The notes beneath the pieces were generated by a model, which saw only the letters and a program-made list of their open reading frames with translations, made no database searches and was not told where the DNA came from. From Eledone cirrhosa (lineage: Eukaryota), in contig OZ024743.1 in assembly GCA_964016885.1 (NCBI GenBank), positions 146,320,001-146,384,000 of the forward strand: a stretch of DNA of 64,000 nt. The letters run 5' to 3'. Made by a program: the position numbers and the translations under genes. Of the stretch, positions 41,674-55,620 are shown piece by piece (within the stretch, counting starts at the first letter, position 1; every line of letters starts with the position of its first letter).

Positions 41674-44600
41674 TCATCATCATCATCATCATCATCGTTT
41701 AACGTCTATCTTCCACGCTAGCATTGGTTTAGATGGGAATTGCCCCACTTGAGGCAAGGTTGGTCGTCTCGCTCATATGGGACTGTCTGGCAGGTTTTCT
41801 ACGGCTGGATGCCCTTCCTAACACCAACCACGTTTACAGTATGGACTGGGAGGTTTTTACTCTGTTACCTACAAGGCCACATTACAGCGTGGACTGTGTG
41901 TTTTTTTGTCATGACACCTACACAACATCATTTATTTAGGACTGGATGTTGTGGTACCAACATAACTTTACAGAGAAAGGGGCGGTGTTGATGGGGGTGG
42001 GGGAGTTGGGGGGGGGGTAATGGGAGGGGTGTGGGTGTATATTTGATTAAGAGGTACCTACTGACTGTAGGTTTCACTTTGTACATAGGCAAGGCGGGTT
42101 TTCTGTATTACTGCGTAGCGCCAAAGATCTCGGTCCAGTGACATTGTCTTGGAGAGGTGTAAGTGTGTAAGGTCGGAATTTATCAAATCGTCCCAGGTTT
42201 TTCTGGGTCTGCCTACTCCGTAACTTCCGTCAATTTTGATCGCCCTGCACTTTTTTTATACAGCTGTCATCTTTCATGCGCATTACGTGACCATATCAAC
42301 ATAGTCTTCTCTCGAGTAAACAGCATCTGATCCCTCTTATTCCTAATTTCTCACTTAGTTCATTTATGCTTTGCTGTTCACGTATATTACTATTACACAT
42401 CCAGCGGAGCATGAATGCTTCATTCCTCTCCAGTCTGCACAGATCCTCTGCACACAATGCCCATGTCTCACTGTAATGTAACATAGCTGTTCGTATGCAG
42501 GCATCATACAGTCTGCCTTTCATTTTTAGAGAGAAACCTTTAGTGGCCAATAATGGTATAAGCTCTCTGAACTTTTTCCATCCCATTCTGACTCTGGCTA
42601 CTGTACTTTCTGAGCACCCTCCACCACTGCTGATTTTATCACCCAGGTAATGGAAGGTGTTCACTATTTCTATAGAGCCATCTGGGCAATAGAAGGAGCT
42701 AGTATCCAGTGGGCACTTGCTACTTATTGCACCTGAGCACCGGCCACATATAAAATCTACGTTCTTAGATAGCTTACCTGTGATCCCACTACATCTTTTA
42801 TGCACCCATACTTTGCATTTGGGACATAAAATGGAATTTCTGCCTACTCCTTTCTTACACACTGAGCATGGCCATTTCCCAGAGGGGACCTGTGCCCTAT
42901 TTTCCTTCCTACATACTAGAACTTTAGTCTTAGACAAGTTAATTTTAAGGTCTTTTGATTCTAGGCCATGCTTCCATGTTTGGAATTTCTTCTCTAGTTC
43001 AACCATCGATTCAGCTATGAGCGTTAGATAGTCTGCATAGAGAAGTTCCCATGGGCAGCCGGTCTTGAACTCCTCTGTTATTGCCTGAAGGGCAATAATA
43101 AATAGGAGGGGGCTAAGGACAGAGCCCTGATGGACACCAACTTTTATGCTAAATTCTTCACTATATTCGTTGTTAATTCTAACCTTGCTGACTGTTTCTT
43201 TATACATGGCTTGTATAGCTCTCACAAGCCATTCATCAACCCCTAGTTTTCTAAGGGCCCACCAGATAATGGCGTGGGGGACTCTTTCAAATGCTTTCTC
43301 CAAGTCATCAAAAGCTAAGTATAAGGGTTTACTTTGAGCCAGCTACTTCTCCTGTAGTTATCGTACAAGGAAAAGGGCGTCTGTGGTACTTTTACCCGAC
43401 ACAAACCGAAACTGCATTTTGTCTAGATCAATTTGCTCTCTGATTAGTTGCGCTATAACCTTTTCTGTGACCTTCATGACATGGTCAATTAATTTAATAC
43501 CTCTATAGTTTCTTCTATCTAGTGCATCTCCTTTACCCTTGTAGCAGTTAATGATGATGCTGCTACGCCAGTCATTTCAGTCATTTGGTATGACCCCGTT
43601 CTGTATGACTTGGTTAACTATCCGGGTGACCATAGTGTGTCCCACCGTTCCAGATGCTTTCAGCATTTCAGCAACTATCTCCGAAGGCCCAACTGCCTTG
43701 CCTGTCTTCATATCTTTGATTGCCTTACTTATTATACCTTCAACTTGCACTGCTGGTCGCTCTATTGGATCGATGTGGGACAAACTATCTTTGTCCCATT
43801 TATTCTCCATATTTAGTAGCCTCTCGTAGTGACACTTCCAAGCTACATTCTTACCAGCGTCAGTGATGGCAAGTACGCCATCATCATTACGGACACACTT
43901 CTCCCCGACAATATCATGGTTTTCCTTGACACATTGCCTAGCAATCCTGAACACCTCACCTTTTTGGTCCTCGCATTGTAGAACATGCTTGAACTGTCTT
44001 TCCTCTGCTTCCCTTCTTGCAAAGTACACTTGTCTCCTAGCTTCCCTCCTGGCCACTTGATAGTCTTCTCTACTTCCCCCATTCCGCCTGCTTTTTGGCC
44101 TTAATTGACTCCTCCACCTTACTGTTCCACCACCACGTTACTCTCCTCCTGCCTATAGGCCTGCTCCAGCCACAGATTTCATCTGTTGCCTTCAGCAGGT
44201 TAACTTTCAGGAATTCCCACTGTTCCTCTATATTGTGCAACTCTAATTGCTCTTCCTTACTGTCAAAAGCATCAAGTAATATGCTTTTAAATTTGTTACT
44301 GGCTGTGGGGTCCTTTAACTTCCATATTCTTCTCCTTAGGGTAGTCCTCCTCTGTTGTCGAGTACGTCTCATCCTGACTATGAGGTTGCTAACTATGAGG
44401 CTATGTTGGGAGGTGCATTCTTCATGGGGGAGGGATTTAGTGTTTACAACAGACACTCTGTCATGTCTTCTGGTAAGGATATAATCTATCTGACTGGCAT
44501 GTTCCCCTGATCTATAGGAGATCAAAGGATTGTCTTGTTTTTTGAAGTTAGTGTTACAGATAGTTAGGTTATTTGTGTCACAGAATTCCAGGATTCTGGA

Positions 44601-45270
44601 GCCTTCCTCATTTCTAGTACCAAACCCATAGCCTCCATGGATTCCGTCATAGCCGTCACAATGTTGTCCAACATGACCATTTAGGTCACCAGCAATAACT
44701 ATGTAGTGACTGTCGGTTATTTGGGAGGCAGTGAGCATTAGAGACTCATAGAATCTGTCTTTTATAACGCCAGGCAGTCTGGATTGGGGTGCATATACGG
44801 ATTTTATTGTCACAGTAGTTCTATTGAGGACAAGTCTTATTTTAATTATTCTGTCGTTCACTCTATTTACGTCTATTATCTTATCTACCCATTTTTCTGC
44901 TAACATGATTCCTACTCCACCCAGGCCATTGTCATTTCCCACCCAGAAAAGTTTATAGCATCGTTTTTTACCCACAATGAATCTAGCAAACCCACCCCTC
45001 CACCTGGTCTCTTGAATACAGCAAACATCAACTTCCTTATGTTCAAGCATCTCTACAACTTCGTTAGAGCGACCTTTTAAAGTGCCTACATTCATGGTAC
45101 CAACTCTGAAGTTTTGGATTGCGTTTGGTGGGTGGGAAGGATGAGGCGCAGAGAGGGTGAGGGAGATGGGGTTATGTTAGCCACCCGTGGCCGAAATAAA
45201 GAGGAGGAGGCCTTGCATTCTCGTCTGGCAACATGAGGTGAATTTATCTTTATCTTTGACATTGTCATTG
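41674..45270 (-). mobile_element. Near full-length RTE LINE (APE endonuclease, RT, PHD-like finger), frameshifted and with stops
   Basis: NVGTL..CIQETRW..SVYAPQ..AGDLNGHVG..SQIDYIL..SQH; EKAFERVP, GVHQGSVLSP, LLYAD(Y); (GAT)n tail. Confidence 0.96.
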
Positions 45271-45752
45271 AGTGTCCAGATTTTTCAGACTCTCCAGAAT
45301 TCTATAGTCCATCTAGCATATCGAAAAGCAACCAGGTCTAAACTTAAGAAGTAATAGCTGAGGCGGTGGTTTTGTGAAAGAGATTGGTAGGAAATATTAT
45401 AGCCGCTGAATTATGATTGGACCAAATAATAATGGTGACGAGTGGGGGAGGGGTCTGGGGGAGTTAACGAGAAGGTTATTTTATAATATAATCCTAAAAA
45501 TTCGGCCATAATTAAATGAGCATATAACAGTAATAAGAGTTTAAATACAAGTATTATGTATATATCATTACAAAATAGTCAATGACATATATATATACAC
45601 ATAAATATTCAATAATATGAATGTATAATAGGATATATGAAACTTTAACAAGAGACAATTTGTATAGAATGTAAGAATACATGGTTTGTTACAGTATCAT
45701 ATTAAAATTTAACAAAAATTTAAAACATAGATACCTGATAAAAATCATATAT

Positions 45753-45961
45753 ATTTCCCTCATATGTATCCTTTAGAAAACATGAATACATTTCCCCAAA
45801 TATCGATGACCGCGTGCATTGGTTTATTCTAATAATACCATGTGCTTCTCTCATCGCCTTCAGTTCTGTATGTTAGCGGGTGTAAGTATAGATAGTTTGA
45901 TTTCCCTCACTGATGATCCAAATTTGAATACACCAATATTTGGTGAAATGTATTCATGTTT
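45753..45961. ncRNA. Hammerhead split between opposite strands by an inversion
   Basis: Plus 45901-45961 supplies UUUCCCUCA-CUGAUGA-stem II-GAAAUGUAUUC; minus 45803-45753 supplies GAAAUGUAUUC..GGAUACAU-A-UGAGGGAAA. Confidence 0.7.
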
Positions 45962-46066
45962 AAATGCTCAGATTTATTCTTTTAATTTTTTTCTATGAGC
46001 TGACTTTGGGAGACAGGACACATGTTTGAGATTTTCCCAAGCATGACATCCACAACTTTGAATGTA

Positions 46067-46151
<85 letters not shown>

Positions 46152-47149
46152 ATAATAATAAAATTGAAGACTAAAATCCAAAGAGGGCTCGATAAGGAAA
46201 ATATATATCAAATATATAAGAACCGTAGAGCAAATATTTATAGTTTCAGATGTTCCCGTTAAGGGTGAAAGCAGCGATTCTTTGCTTAAACTTTAATCTG
46301 TTATTTTAATAAATATATATATATATATATGTGTGTATATATACATATATATATATATGTATATACACATATACATATATATATATATGTATATACACAT
46401 CCATGTATATATATACATGGATGTGTAATAGTAATATACGCGAACGGCAAAGCATAAATGAATTGAGAGAGAGACTGAGCATAAGAGGAATCAAATGCTG
46501 TGTGTAGGAGAGGCGGATGCGTTGGTATGGACATGTGATGCGTATGAAGGATGACAGCTGCATATAAAGGTGCAGAGCACCAGAAGTCAATGGAAACCGC
46601 GGGGTGGGGAGACCCAAGAAGACCTGGGATGAGGTGATAAAAGCCGACCTTACCCAATTACACCTCTCAAAAGCGATGACACACGACCGTAACCTCTGGC
46701 GTCACGCAGTAATACAGAAGACCCGACCCCACACGGGTACAAGCCGAAGCTGAGACAATATGCCCCCACACCCTTCCACTGCAAAGTGGTCATGGAGGTG
46801 CCATGGCAAAAAAGCACCCAGCCCACACTGTAAAGTGGATGTGTAGGCACCACTGAAAAAAAGCACCCAGCATTCACTGTAAATGAGGTTGGTGTTAAGA
46901 AGGGCATCCAGCTGTAGAAACCAAGCCAGAATCAGTTCCCGTATGAGCAAGGCATAGTCAGCCGACCGGACACTGCCCACAACAGGACAACCCGTCTAAC
47001 CCATGCTAGCGTGGAAGAACGGACGTAAAACGGTGATGATTATGATGATGATGATACATATATATATACATATATATATGTGTATATATATACATATATA
47101 TATGTGTATATATATACATATATATATATATATATGTGTGTATATAATA

Positions 47150-48095
47150 ATAATAATACTATTCATAGTTATGTATATAGTATAAACAACTATAAACAGG
47201 AAGGTCAGTAATTTCTTAATTACCTTATTACCAGTAAGAGAAATAGCTCAATGTATGAACATCAGTTGTTTACAGATCAGTTAAATAATTAAATTTTACA
47301 ATTATCAAAGTTGTGTTCAAATCATTTAATAGCTGACAATCGTTTCTTCCAAACTCTCGTTTGGAGTCATCGGAGCATTATCAATGTTTGCACATATAAT
47401 TACCCTCCTATTCAACTGAACAATAATATAGATACATATAAATTGATGTTGTGAGCAACAGTTTCATATTTACAGGGTGGAATGGATGTGACATATATTT
47501 TACGAGAATTGTACAATAATTGTACAAGCATTCAAGTTCAAATTAAAATTAAAATCAAAAGTACGGAGTTAAAACAAGGGAATAGTCCAAATATCAAAGA
47601 GGCATTGAGGAAGCAGTTTTGAGAAAGGAAGAGTGCGATAACAAATCATATGCAGGCGTAAGTCATATACATGAGAAGGAGACAAGCAAAGCTATTATGC
47701 ATATATAGATGAATAAATACTGCAGTTGAAGCAAATATGTTAATGTATTAGAGTCTATGGTGGATGTTGAATGTTGATGGTGTTCGAATTAATGTGTGTT
47801 GAGAAACATACAGTTTTTGCAGACATTTCCATGACATATGTTGAATTAAATTTTAGTTAATGTTTATATTGAATGTTTTAAGTTAGTTAGAGCAATGGAT
47901 TATAAATTAGTCTTAATGAATACATATTCATAGACTATATTTGATCAACCGTTATATTTTCATATATTCATATTGAATAGGAGGGTAATTATATGTGCAA
48001 ACATTGATAATGCTCCGATGACTCCAAACGAGAGTTTGGAAGAAACGATTGTCAGCTATTAAATGATTTGAACACAACTTTGATAATTGTATAAT
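47150..48095 (-). mobile_element. Non-autonomous PLE derivative with inverted pLTRs (47297-47415 / 47973-48091)
   Basis: ~119-bp inverted repeat carrying an HHR; minus-strand remnant CHGNVCKNCMFL (~47800-47840) resembles a PLE Cys linker. Confidence 0.7.
48008..48061 (+). ncRNA. Minimal hammerhead, variant core CCGAUGA (U4C); identical copy 47327-47380 (-)
   Basis: UAAUGCU-CCGAUGA-C UCCAAAC(GAGA)GUUUGGA A-GAA-ACGAUUGU-C-AGCUAUUA. Confidence 0.8.
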
Positions 48096-48104
48096 TTATT
48101 TATT

Positions 48105-48153
<49 letters not shown>

Positions 48154-48173
48154 GTATATATATATATATATAC

Positions 48174-48209
<36 letters not shown>

Positions 48210-48539
48210 GTGTATATATGTATATATATATATACATGTGTATATATGTATATATATATGTATATACATACATATATACACATATACATATATATATATA
48301 CATATACATATGATGTATATGTATATATATGTATGTGTGTGCATGTGTTTATGTTTACTTTGTGTTTTTACATTCATGTAATTATAAAGTATACATAGTA
48401 AGTAAATTCATATATAGTTGAAAGGAAAAAAAAGAAGAATGTTTGATTATTTGCAAACAACCAAATAAAACAAAACAAACAAATTTTTTTTTTTAAATTG
48501 TCAAATACTTTCCTCCCCAACTCCATCGTGAACAATAAT

Positions 48540-48675
48540 ATCAACAACATAACAATCAACACCACCAGCACCAGTACCATCACCATCACCATCACCATCA
48601 CCATCACTATCACCATCACCATCATCATCATCAACAACAAATAACATCACCACCACCACCACCACCAACACCAAC

Positions 48676-48709
<34 letters not shown>

Positions 48710-48754
48710 ACAACAAATAACATCATCAACATCATCATCACCACCACCAACACC

Positions 48755-48788
<34 letters not shown>

Positions 48789-48850
48789 CCACCACCCTCA
48801 TCACCCTCATCACCCTCATTATCATCATCATCAACAACAATCATCACCAC

Positions 48851-48897
<47 letters not shown>

Positions 48898-48940
48898 ACA
48901 ACAAGCATCATCATCATCATCACCACCACCCTCATCACCC

Positions 48941-48977
<37 letters not shown>

Positions 48978-49060
48978 TATCATCAACAAGCATCACCACC
49001 ATCATCATCATCATCAACAACAACAAGCATTATCATCATCATCATCATCATCATCACCAC

Positions 49061-49098
<38 letters not shown>

Positions 49099-49173
49099 AC
49101 AAGCATCACCACCATCATCATCATCATCAACAACAACAAGCATCATCATCATCATCATCATCATCACCACCAC

Positions 49174-49220
<47 letters not shown>

Positions 49221-49228
49221 ACAACAAG

Positions 49229-49281
<53 letters not shown>

Positions 49282-49289
49282 ACAACAAG

Positions 49290-49342
<53 letters not shown>

Positions 49343-49350
49343 ACAACAAG

Positions 49351-49388
<38 letters not shown>

Positions 49389-49392
49389 ACAA
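48540..49392. repeat. Compound trinucleotide array (CAT/CAC/CAA)n with recurring CAACAACAAG spacers
   Basis: Direct reading. Confidence 0.95.
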
Positions 49393-49704
49393 CATGAACA
49401 ACTGTAGTGATGGAAAAACTTGGATGTTGTATGTGAAAACTATGATGTGTACGAGCTGAAAGAAAGTGACAGGCTGCATTCTATAGGGATTTGTAAAGCT
49501 AACCCATGGAACAGATCAGTGTCAACTAGCTTGACAGACAGAGAAGAGAAGCTTCTCAGGAGATTTAGTCATGAAAGTAGAGGAAATAACGATAATATTG
49601 ATAATAAAGATAATGATAATGATAATGATGATCACAATAACGTTGATAAGGATGAGATGAGGATAAAGGTAATAATAGAAGTAGCATTAGTTGTAATGAT
49701 GATG

Positions 49705-49771
<67 letters not shown>

Positions 49772-49774
49772 TTT

Positions 49775-50392
49775 CTTTATTAACCACAAGGGTTTACATA
49801 AAGTAGACATTAAGGACAGTACAGGACAATACAGGACGGTACAAATGGGCATTTTTGCGTGTAAAAAAAACCAAAAAAACAGGATGTAATAAAAGAACAA
49901 TGAAAAATTCCCCAATAGGGGGGAGACTTCCAAGGGCCATCGTGGAGAAAGCCCATTAAAAAAAAGCCACGGTGACCCTGACCACCAGGACAAGTGTCCT
50001 CTCCCAGTTTTCCACCTTTAATTTACAGACACATACTCAGAGTAGGCCCATTCACTCGGGCCATTCTTGCCTCTCTCACCCATCTTTCAACAAAATGTTG
50101 GGAAGAGAGCACTTCCCTCTCTACCCTGATTTTCCTTTTCAAATGAAATTTGAAAAAGCTAATCAAGGCATCACCTAAGAGGTAAGTGCTCGTCTTCAGC
50201 CCTTTCAGACGTGTCCACCATACTATCTCTTTCGCCATGGCCACCAGACAGATAAAAACTGCCTGCCCTTCCCGGCTAAAGGAAGAGGGCGGAGCAATCC
50301 TCACGATGGACTCAGCTGATAGTCGGATCTGTTTTACACGCAACAGCAGGTGTTCGACATAAACCCACAAGTCAGCAATGCTCGGACACTGT
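49775..50392 (-). mobile_element. 3' end of a Tx1/L1-clade LINE with (TAT)n tail
   Basis: QCPSIADLWVYVEHLL..AKEIVWWTR..FVERW C-terminal peptide typical of Tx1-like ORF2. Confidence 0.7.
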
Positions 50393-50589
50393 AGGGATTG
50401 AACCTCCCCCCAAAATATGCCTACTAGGAACAGCTCAAATATTGAAAATAGTTCTGGACTACCAGCAAAAGTGAAATGACAAGGAATGATATGAAACAGT
50501 TATTAGATGTAGCCTGGTATTCCCTAAAATAACCGGCCCAAGGCAACATCAAAGTTGGTCATGATAAATAGTCAACTAATAATAATAAT

Positions 50590-53500
50590 AATTGTTTCTA
50601 CTTTTGGCACAAGTACATTACTGATACTTTATTTTATCGACCCCGTAAAGATGAAAGGCAAAGTTAACCTCAACAGGATTTGAACACAGACCATAAAGGG
50701 ACGTAACTATGCTAGAAATCATGGCGTCCAAATCCTCTACCGATACTGTACAGGGCCCAAGCTACACATGGTTTATGTTCATTTTTTCTTATTATTTTGA
50801 TGATTCCGTTTACATATTTTACTCCATCGTTTGGATAAGGTAATCACCTGGATGATAGGATAGAACTGCTTTCACAGATAGATCAGGCAAAGGACTTTTT
50901 CAAATTTTGAAAGGAACAATTTCTCATAAGCTGTATGACTTCATAATATTTGGGCTTTTGGGCCCAAATATTTGAACTTTATTTTTTTTGAAACTTTCTT
51001 TTCCTCAAAGAAAACATGGACAAGACATGCCCCCACCCATTAAGTCAGCTGTCAAGTGACAGCAATTTAAACGTGGAGCAGAGTAACACCACCCCTCCCA
51101 CAACCATTACAAACACCAGCATCACATCGGGCAGTATTGCCAACAAGAGCACCGACAACAAAAACTGTTGTTTTTGTTGTCGGTGCTATTGTTGGCAATA
51201 ACAATAATAATAATAATTGTTTCTACTTTAGGCACAAGGCCAGCAATTACCCAGTACATTACTGGTACTTTATTTTATCGTTTTATAACGATAGTTTCCA
51301 TTTATTAATATTATTGATATTATACTCCAGAAGAATGCTGTAGAGTGCTTCGAATCTGTTATAAATAAATTTGTTGAATAACTAACAACTTAAATAACTA
51401 TTTGCTTATATATATATATATATATATAAAAGTAAGTTCAAAGAATCATTAGGTAAAATATATACAGTATTTCCTCTCCCGATCAGTATAATTCAACCAC
51501 ATAAAAAAACATTTAAACGAGGCTATAAGTTTAAAATGTACTCATGAAGAAATAATTGTTTCTACTTTTGGTATAAGGCCAGCAATTAGCCAGTGTATTA
51601 CTGGTACTTTATTTTATCGACACCGTAAGGATGAAAGGCAAAGTTAACCTCGGCGGGATTTGAACTCAGACTGTAAAGGGACGTAACTATGCGTCAAAGC
51701 ATGGCGTCCAACCCTCTACCGATACTGCCAATTCACCGCCCTAATAATAATAATGATTTCTACTATAGCACAAGGCCAGCAATTTTGGGGAGAGAGGTAG
51801 TCAATTAAATCAACCCCAGTGCATTACTGGTACTTTATTTTATCAACCACGCAAAGATGAAAAGCAAAGCTAACTTTGGAGGAATTTGACTCAGAATGTA
51901 AAGAGCCGTGACTCTGTGCTGCAAAGCATGTTGTTCGACACTCTACCAATATTGCCAATCTACTGCTCGAGCAATATTAATAATGATTTCTACTATAACA
52001 CAAGGCCAGCAAGTTTGGGAGAGGGGTAAGTTTATTAAATTGACCCCAGTGCATTACTGGTGCTTTATTTTATCGACAACATAAGGATGAAAGGCAAAGC
52101 TAACCTTGGTGGGATTTGAACTCAGAATATAAAAGGCCTTAACTCTATGCTGCAAAGTATGGTGTCCAACTCTCTACCAATACTGCCAATCCACTGCCCT
52201 CTACCACTAATAATTGCTTCTACTTTAGGCACAAGGCCATCAATTACCCAGTGCATTACTGGTACTTTATTTTATCGACCCCGTAAGGATGAAAGGCAAA
52301 GTAAACCTCAGCCACTAATAATAACTACCATTTAACATCCTTATTCCCAGTGGATTAGCAGAGCCATTAGAGCCTTGGATAAATGCATAGCAGTATTTGT
52401 TTGGGCTCTTTATGCTGTAAGTTCAAATTCCACCGACATCATCAACTTTACCTTTCATCCTTCTGTACCAATCAATTACTGGGGTCAATTTAATCACCCC
52501 CCCCCCAAAAAAAAATGTTGGCCTTGTGCCTAAATCAGAAACCCTTATTATTATTAAGACTAATAAAGTACCAATAAAGTACTGGGGTCGATATAATCAC
52601 TTTGCTCCACTCCTGCAAAAATTGCAACCCTTGTACCTAGATTAGAAATCATTTGGATTGGCAGTATCGGTAGAGGGTCGGACACTATGCTTTGATGTAT
52701 AGAGTTATGCCCCTTGCCATTCTGAGTTCAAATCCCGCCGAGGTTAACTTTGCCTTTCATCCTTACGGGGTCGATAAAATAAAGTACCAGTAATGCACTG
52801 GGTAATTGCTGGCCTTGTGCCTAAAGTAGAAACAATTATTCTTAGTAAATCCTGCCGAGGTTAACTTTGCCTTTCATCCTTACGGGGTCGATAAAATAAA
52901 GTACCAGTAATGTACTGGGTAATTGCTGGCCTTGTGCCAAAAGTAGAAACAATTATTATTATTAAACCTTGGGTGGTGGATTGGCAGTATCGGTAGATCG
53001 TCAGACACCATGCTTTGCAGCATAGAGTTACGGCCCTTTATCATCTGAGTTCAAATCCCGCCGAGGTCAACTTTGCCTTTCGTCCTTACGGGGGTCGATA
53101 AAATAAAGTACCAGTAATGTACTGAGTAATTGCTGGCCTTGTGCCAAAAGTAGAAACAATTATTATTATTAAAACTACAGTGTATTGGCAGTATCAGTAG
53201 AGTATGAGACACCATGCTTTGCATTACAGAGTTACGGCCCTTTACATTCTGAGTTTAAATCCCGCTGAGGTTAGCTTTGCCTTTTGATCTTCCGTGGTAG
53301 ATAAAATAAAGCACCAGTAATGCACTGGGCGATTTCATTGACTTTACCCTGCCCCCAAAATTGTTGGCCTTGTGCCTATAATAGAAATCATTATTAAAAC
53401 TTTAGGGCGGTGGATTGGCAGTATCGGTAGAGGGTCGGACGCCATGCTTTCCAGCATAGTTATGTCCCTTTACGATCTGAGTTCAAATCCCGCCGAGGTT

Positions 53501-53595
53501 GACTTTGCCTTTCATCTTTACGGGGTCGATAAAATAAAGTACCAGTAATGCACTGGGTAATTGCTGGCCTTGTGCCTAAAGTAGAAACAATTATT
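50590..53595. mobile_element. Dense cluster of ~13 family B SINE copies and fragments
   Basis: About 6 minus-strand copies (50590-52310) followed by about 7 plus-strand copies (52350-53595). Confidence 0.9.
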
Positions 53596-54563
53596 AAAAC
53601 TTTAGGGCAGTAAACAAGGGGATTTTTACAAGGGCAGGTTACAAAAAGTGTTTTAGAGTCTACAAATTTCATTAAAAATGTACCACATATTCATATACTC
53701 ATATTTTTTATAATGAAAAATTAAATCAACAGAAGGATTTTAGACAGAGAATAATTTAAAGAGAGATTGTACAAATTTGCCCTCATAACTAAGAGGCAAA
53801 ATATCTTTGAAAGAAAAAAGTAAAAAAAACAAGTAACAAATAAATGAAAAAAAACAAACAAATGTGAAACAAAAATAAAAGAATGTAACATTAGTATTAG
53901 ATCTTAATACATTATATTTATTAAAATACATTTTAAGCAATATAATTGCAATAAAAAAATGAAAATGCAGCAGTATGTGTGTGTATGTGTTTTTATAAGG
54001 CAATTTTTGAAATAGTATAGTTGCAGTTATTAAATTAACAATACATCAGTAATAAATTGAATGAAATAAAAACTTAGCAAAATATATTCCATACATTATC
54101 TCTATAACTAATTCCTGTTCTCTTTCAGTTTCTCTCCTATATAATACTAATAATAATAATAATATAATAGTAATAATCTAATAATTAGCATTGTAATAAC
54201 TTAAAGTTCTAGTTTTTGAATGTTCAAATTGTAATCATATAGATGCATAAAAACGTACTGGCATTTTAACTTATAGGCATTCATGTGCTCATACATAACA
54301 TACCATCAAAGAAGCTTAATGTGGACCCCCTCCCACATCACACAACACAGCAATTTTTACCTTACTCATAAAAGTTCACTGATGTAATAAAAAAAAAACA
54401 TAACTGAAAGGTATTTTCTTAAAAGACAAGCCAATTCAAAACATTATATACTATAAACACATAGATGTATGTACGTATTTATATATACATACACGTATAT
54501 ATGTATAATATATATATGTACTTATATATAAAAGGAATAAATAATGAATAAATATGTATGGAC

Positions 54564-54657
<94 letters not shown>

Positions 54658-55550
54658 ACAGGGAGAAAGAGACGATTATGAGGAAGCAAAAAAATTTTTT
54701 TTTTCCTTTTTTTGTCTCCCTCTCTCTTTTTTCTGGGTTAGAAAATGATTAAAACGAAATGTTTTACTTTGTGTGAAGTGTTAAGGTATTAGTTGATTTA
54801 TTTATTATTTAACAATGGCATTTATTTATCTATTTATATATTTAATTATTATATATATTTAATTATTATATATATTATATATTATATATTATATATATAT
54901 ATAAAAAGGTGCAGAGCACTAGAAGTTGATGGAAACCGCGGAGTGGGGAGACCCAAGATGACCTGGGATGAGGTGATAAAAGCCGACCTTACCCAATTAC
55001 ACCTCTCAAAGGCAATGACACACGACCGTGACTTCTGGCGTCACGCAGTAATACAGAGTACCCGACCTCCCATGGGTACATGCTGAAGCATATAGACAAT
55101 ATGCCCCCACACCCCCCACCACAAGGTGGTCGTGGAGGAGCCACGGCAAAAATGCACCCAGCCCACACTGTAAAGTGGATGTGTAGGCGCCATGAAAAAG
55201 CACCCAGCACTCACTGTAAATGAGGTTGGTGTTAGGAAGGGCATCCAGCTGTAGAAATCAAGCCAGATCAGTTCCTGTATGAGCAAGGCATGGTCAGCCG
55301 ACCAGACACTTCACACAACAGGACAACCCGTCTAACCCATGCTAGCGTGGAAGAACGGACGTAAAACGGTGATGATGATGATGATGATGATATATATATA
55401 TATATATATAACCAAAGATTAATATTATTCATTGATTACTTAATGAATATAGTTTTAAAATAGATTAAAAGCACTCTACAAAGAAGTTTTCTAGAGTTAG
55501 TAATATTATTCAAAATATTAATAAATGAATATGTTCACATAATCAAAATA

Positions 55551-55620
55551 TATGTTTTATTATATATATTTCGGAGGTACTGTGCTGTTTTTTCAGTACG
55601 CCCTCATCAGATAAAATATA
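55551..55620 (-). ncRNA. Type I hammerhead in a foldback pLTR-like element (55410-55716), related to the 30455 family
   Basis: UUUUAU-CUGAUGA-GGGC GUACUG(11 nt)CAGUAC CUCC-GAA-AUAUAUAU-A-AUAAAA; inverted repeat 55503-55553 / 55666-55716. Confidence 0.82.

Noticed and set aside
50590-53595. CRISPR-like regular repeat array
   Set aside because: Repeats are ~190-bp eukaryotic SINEs without unique spacers or cas genes
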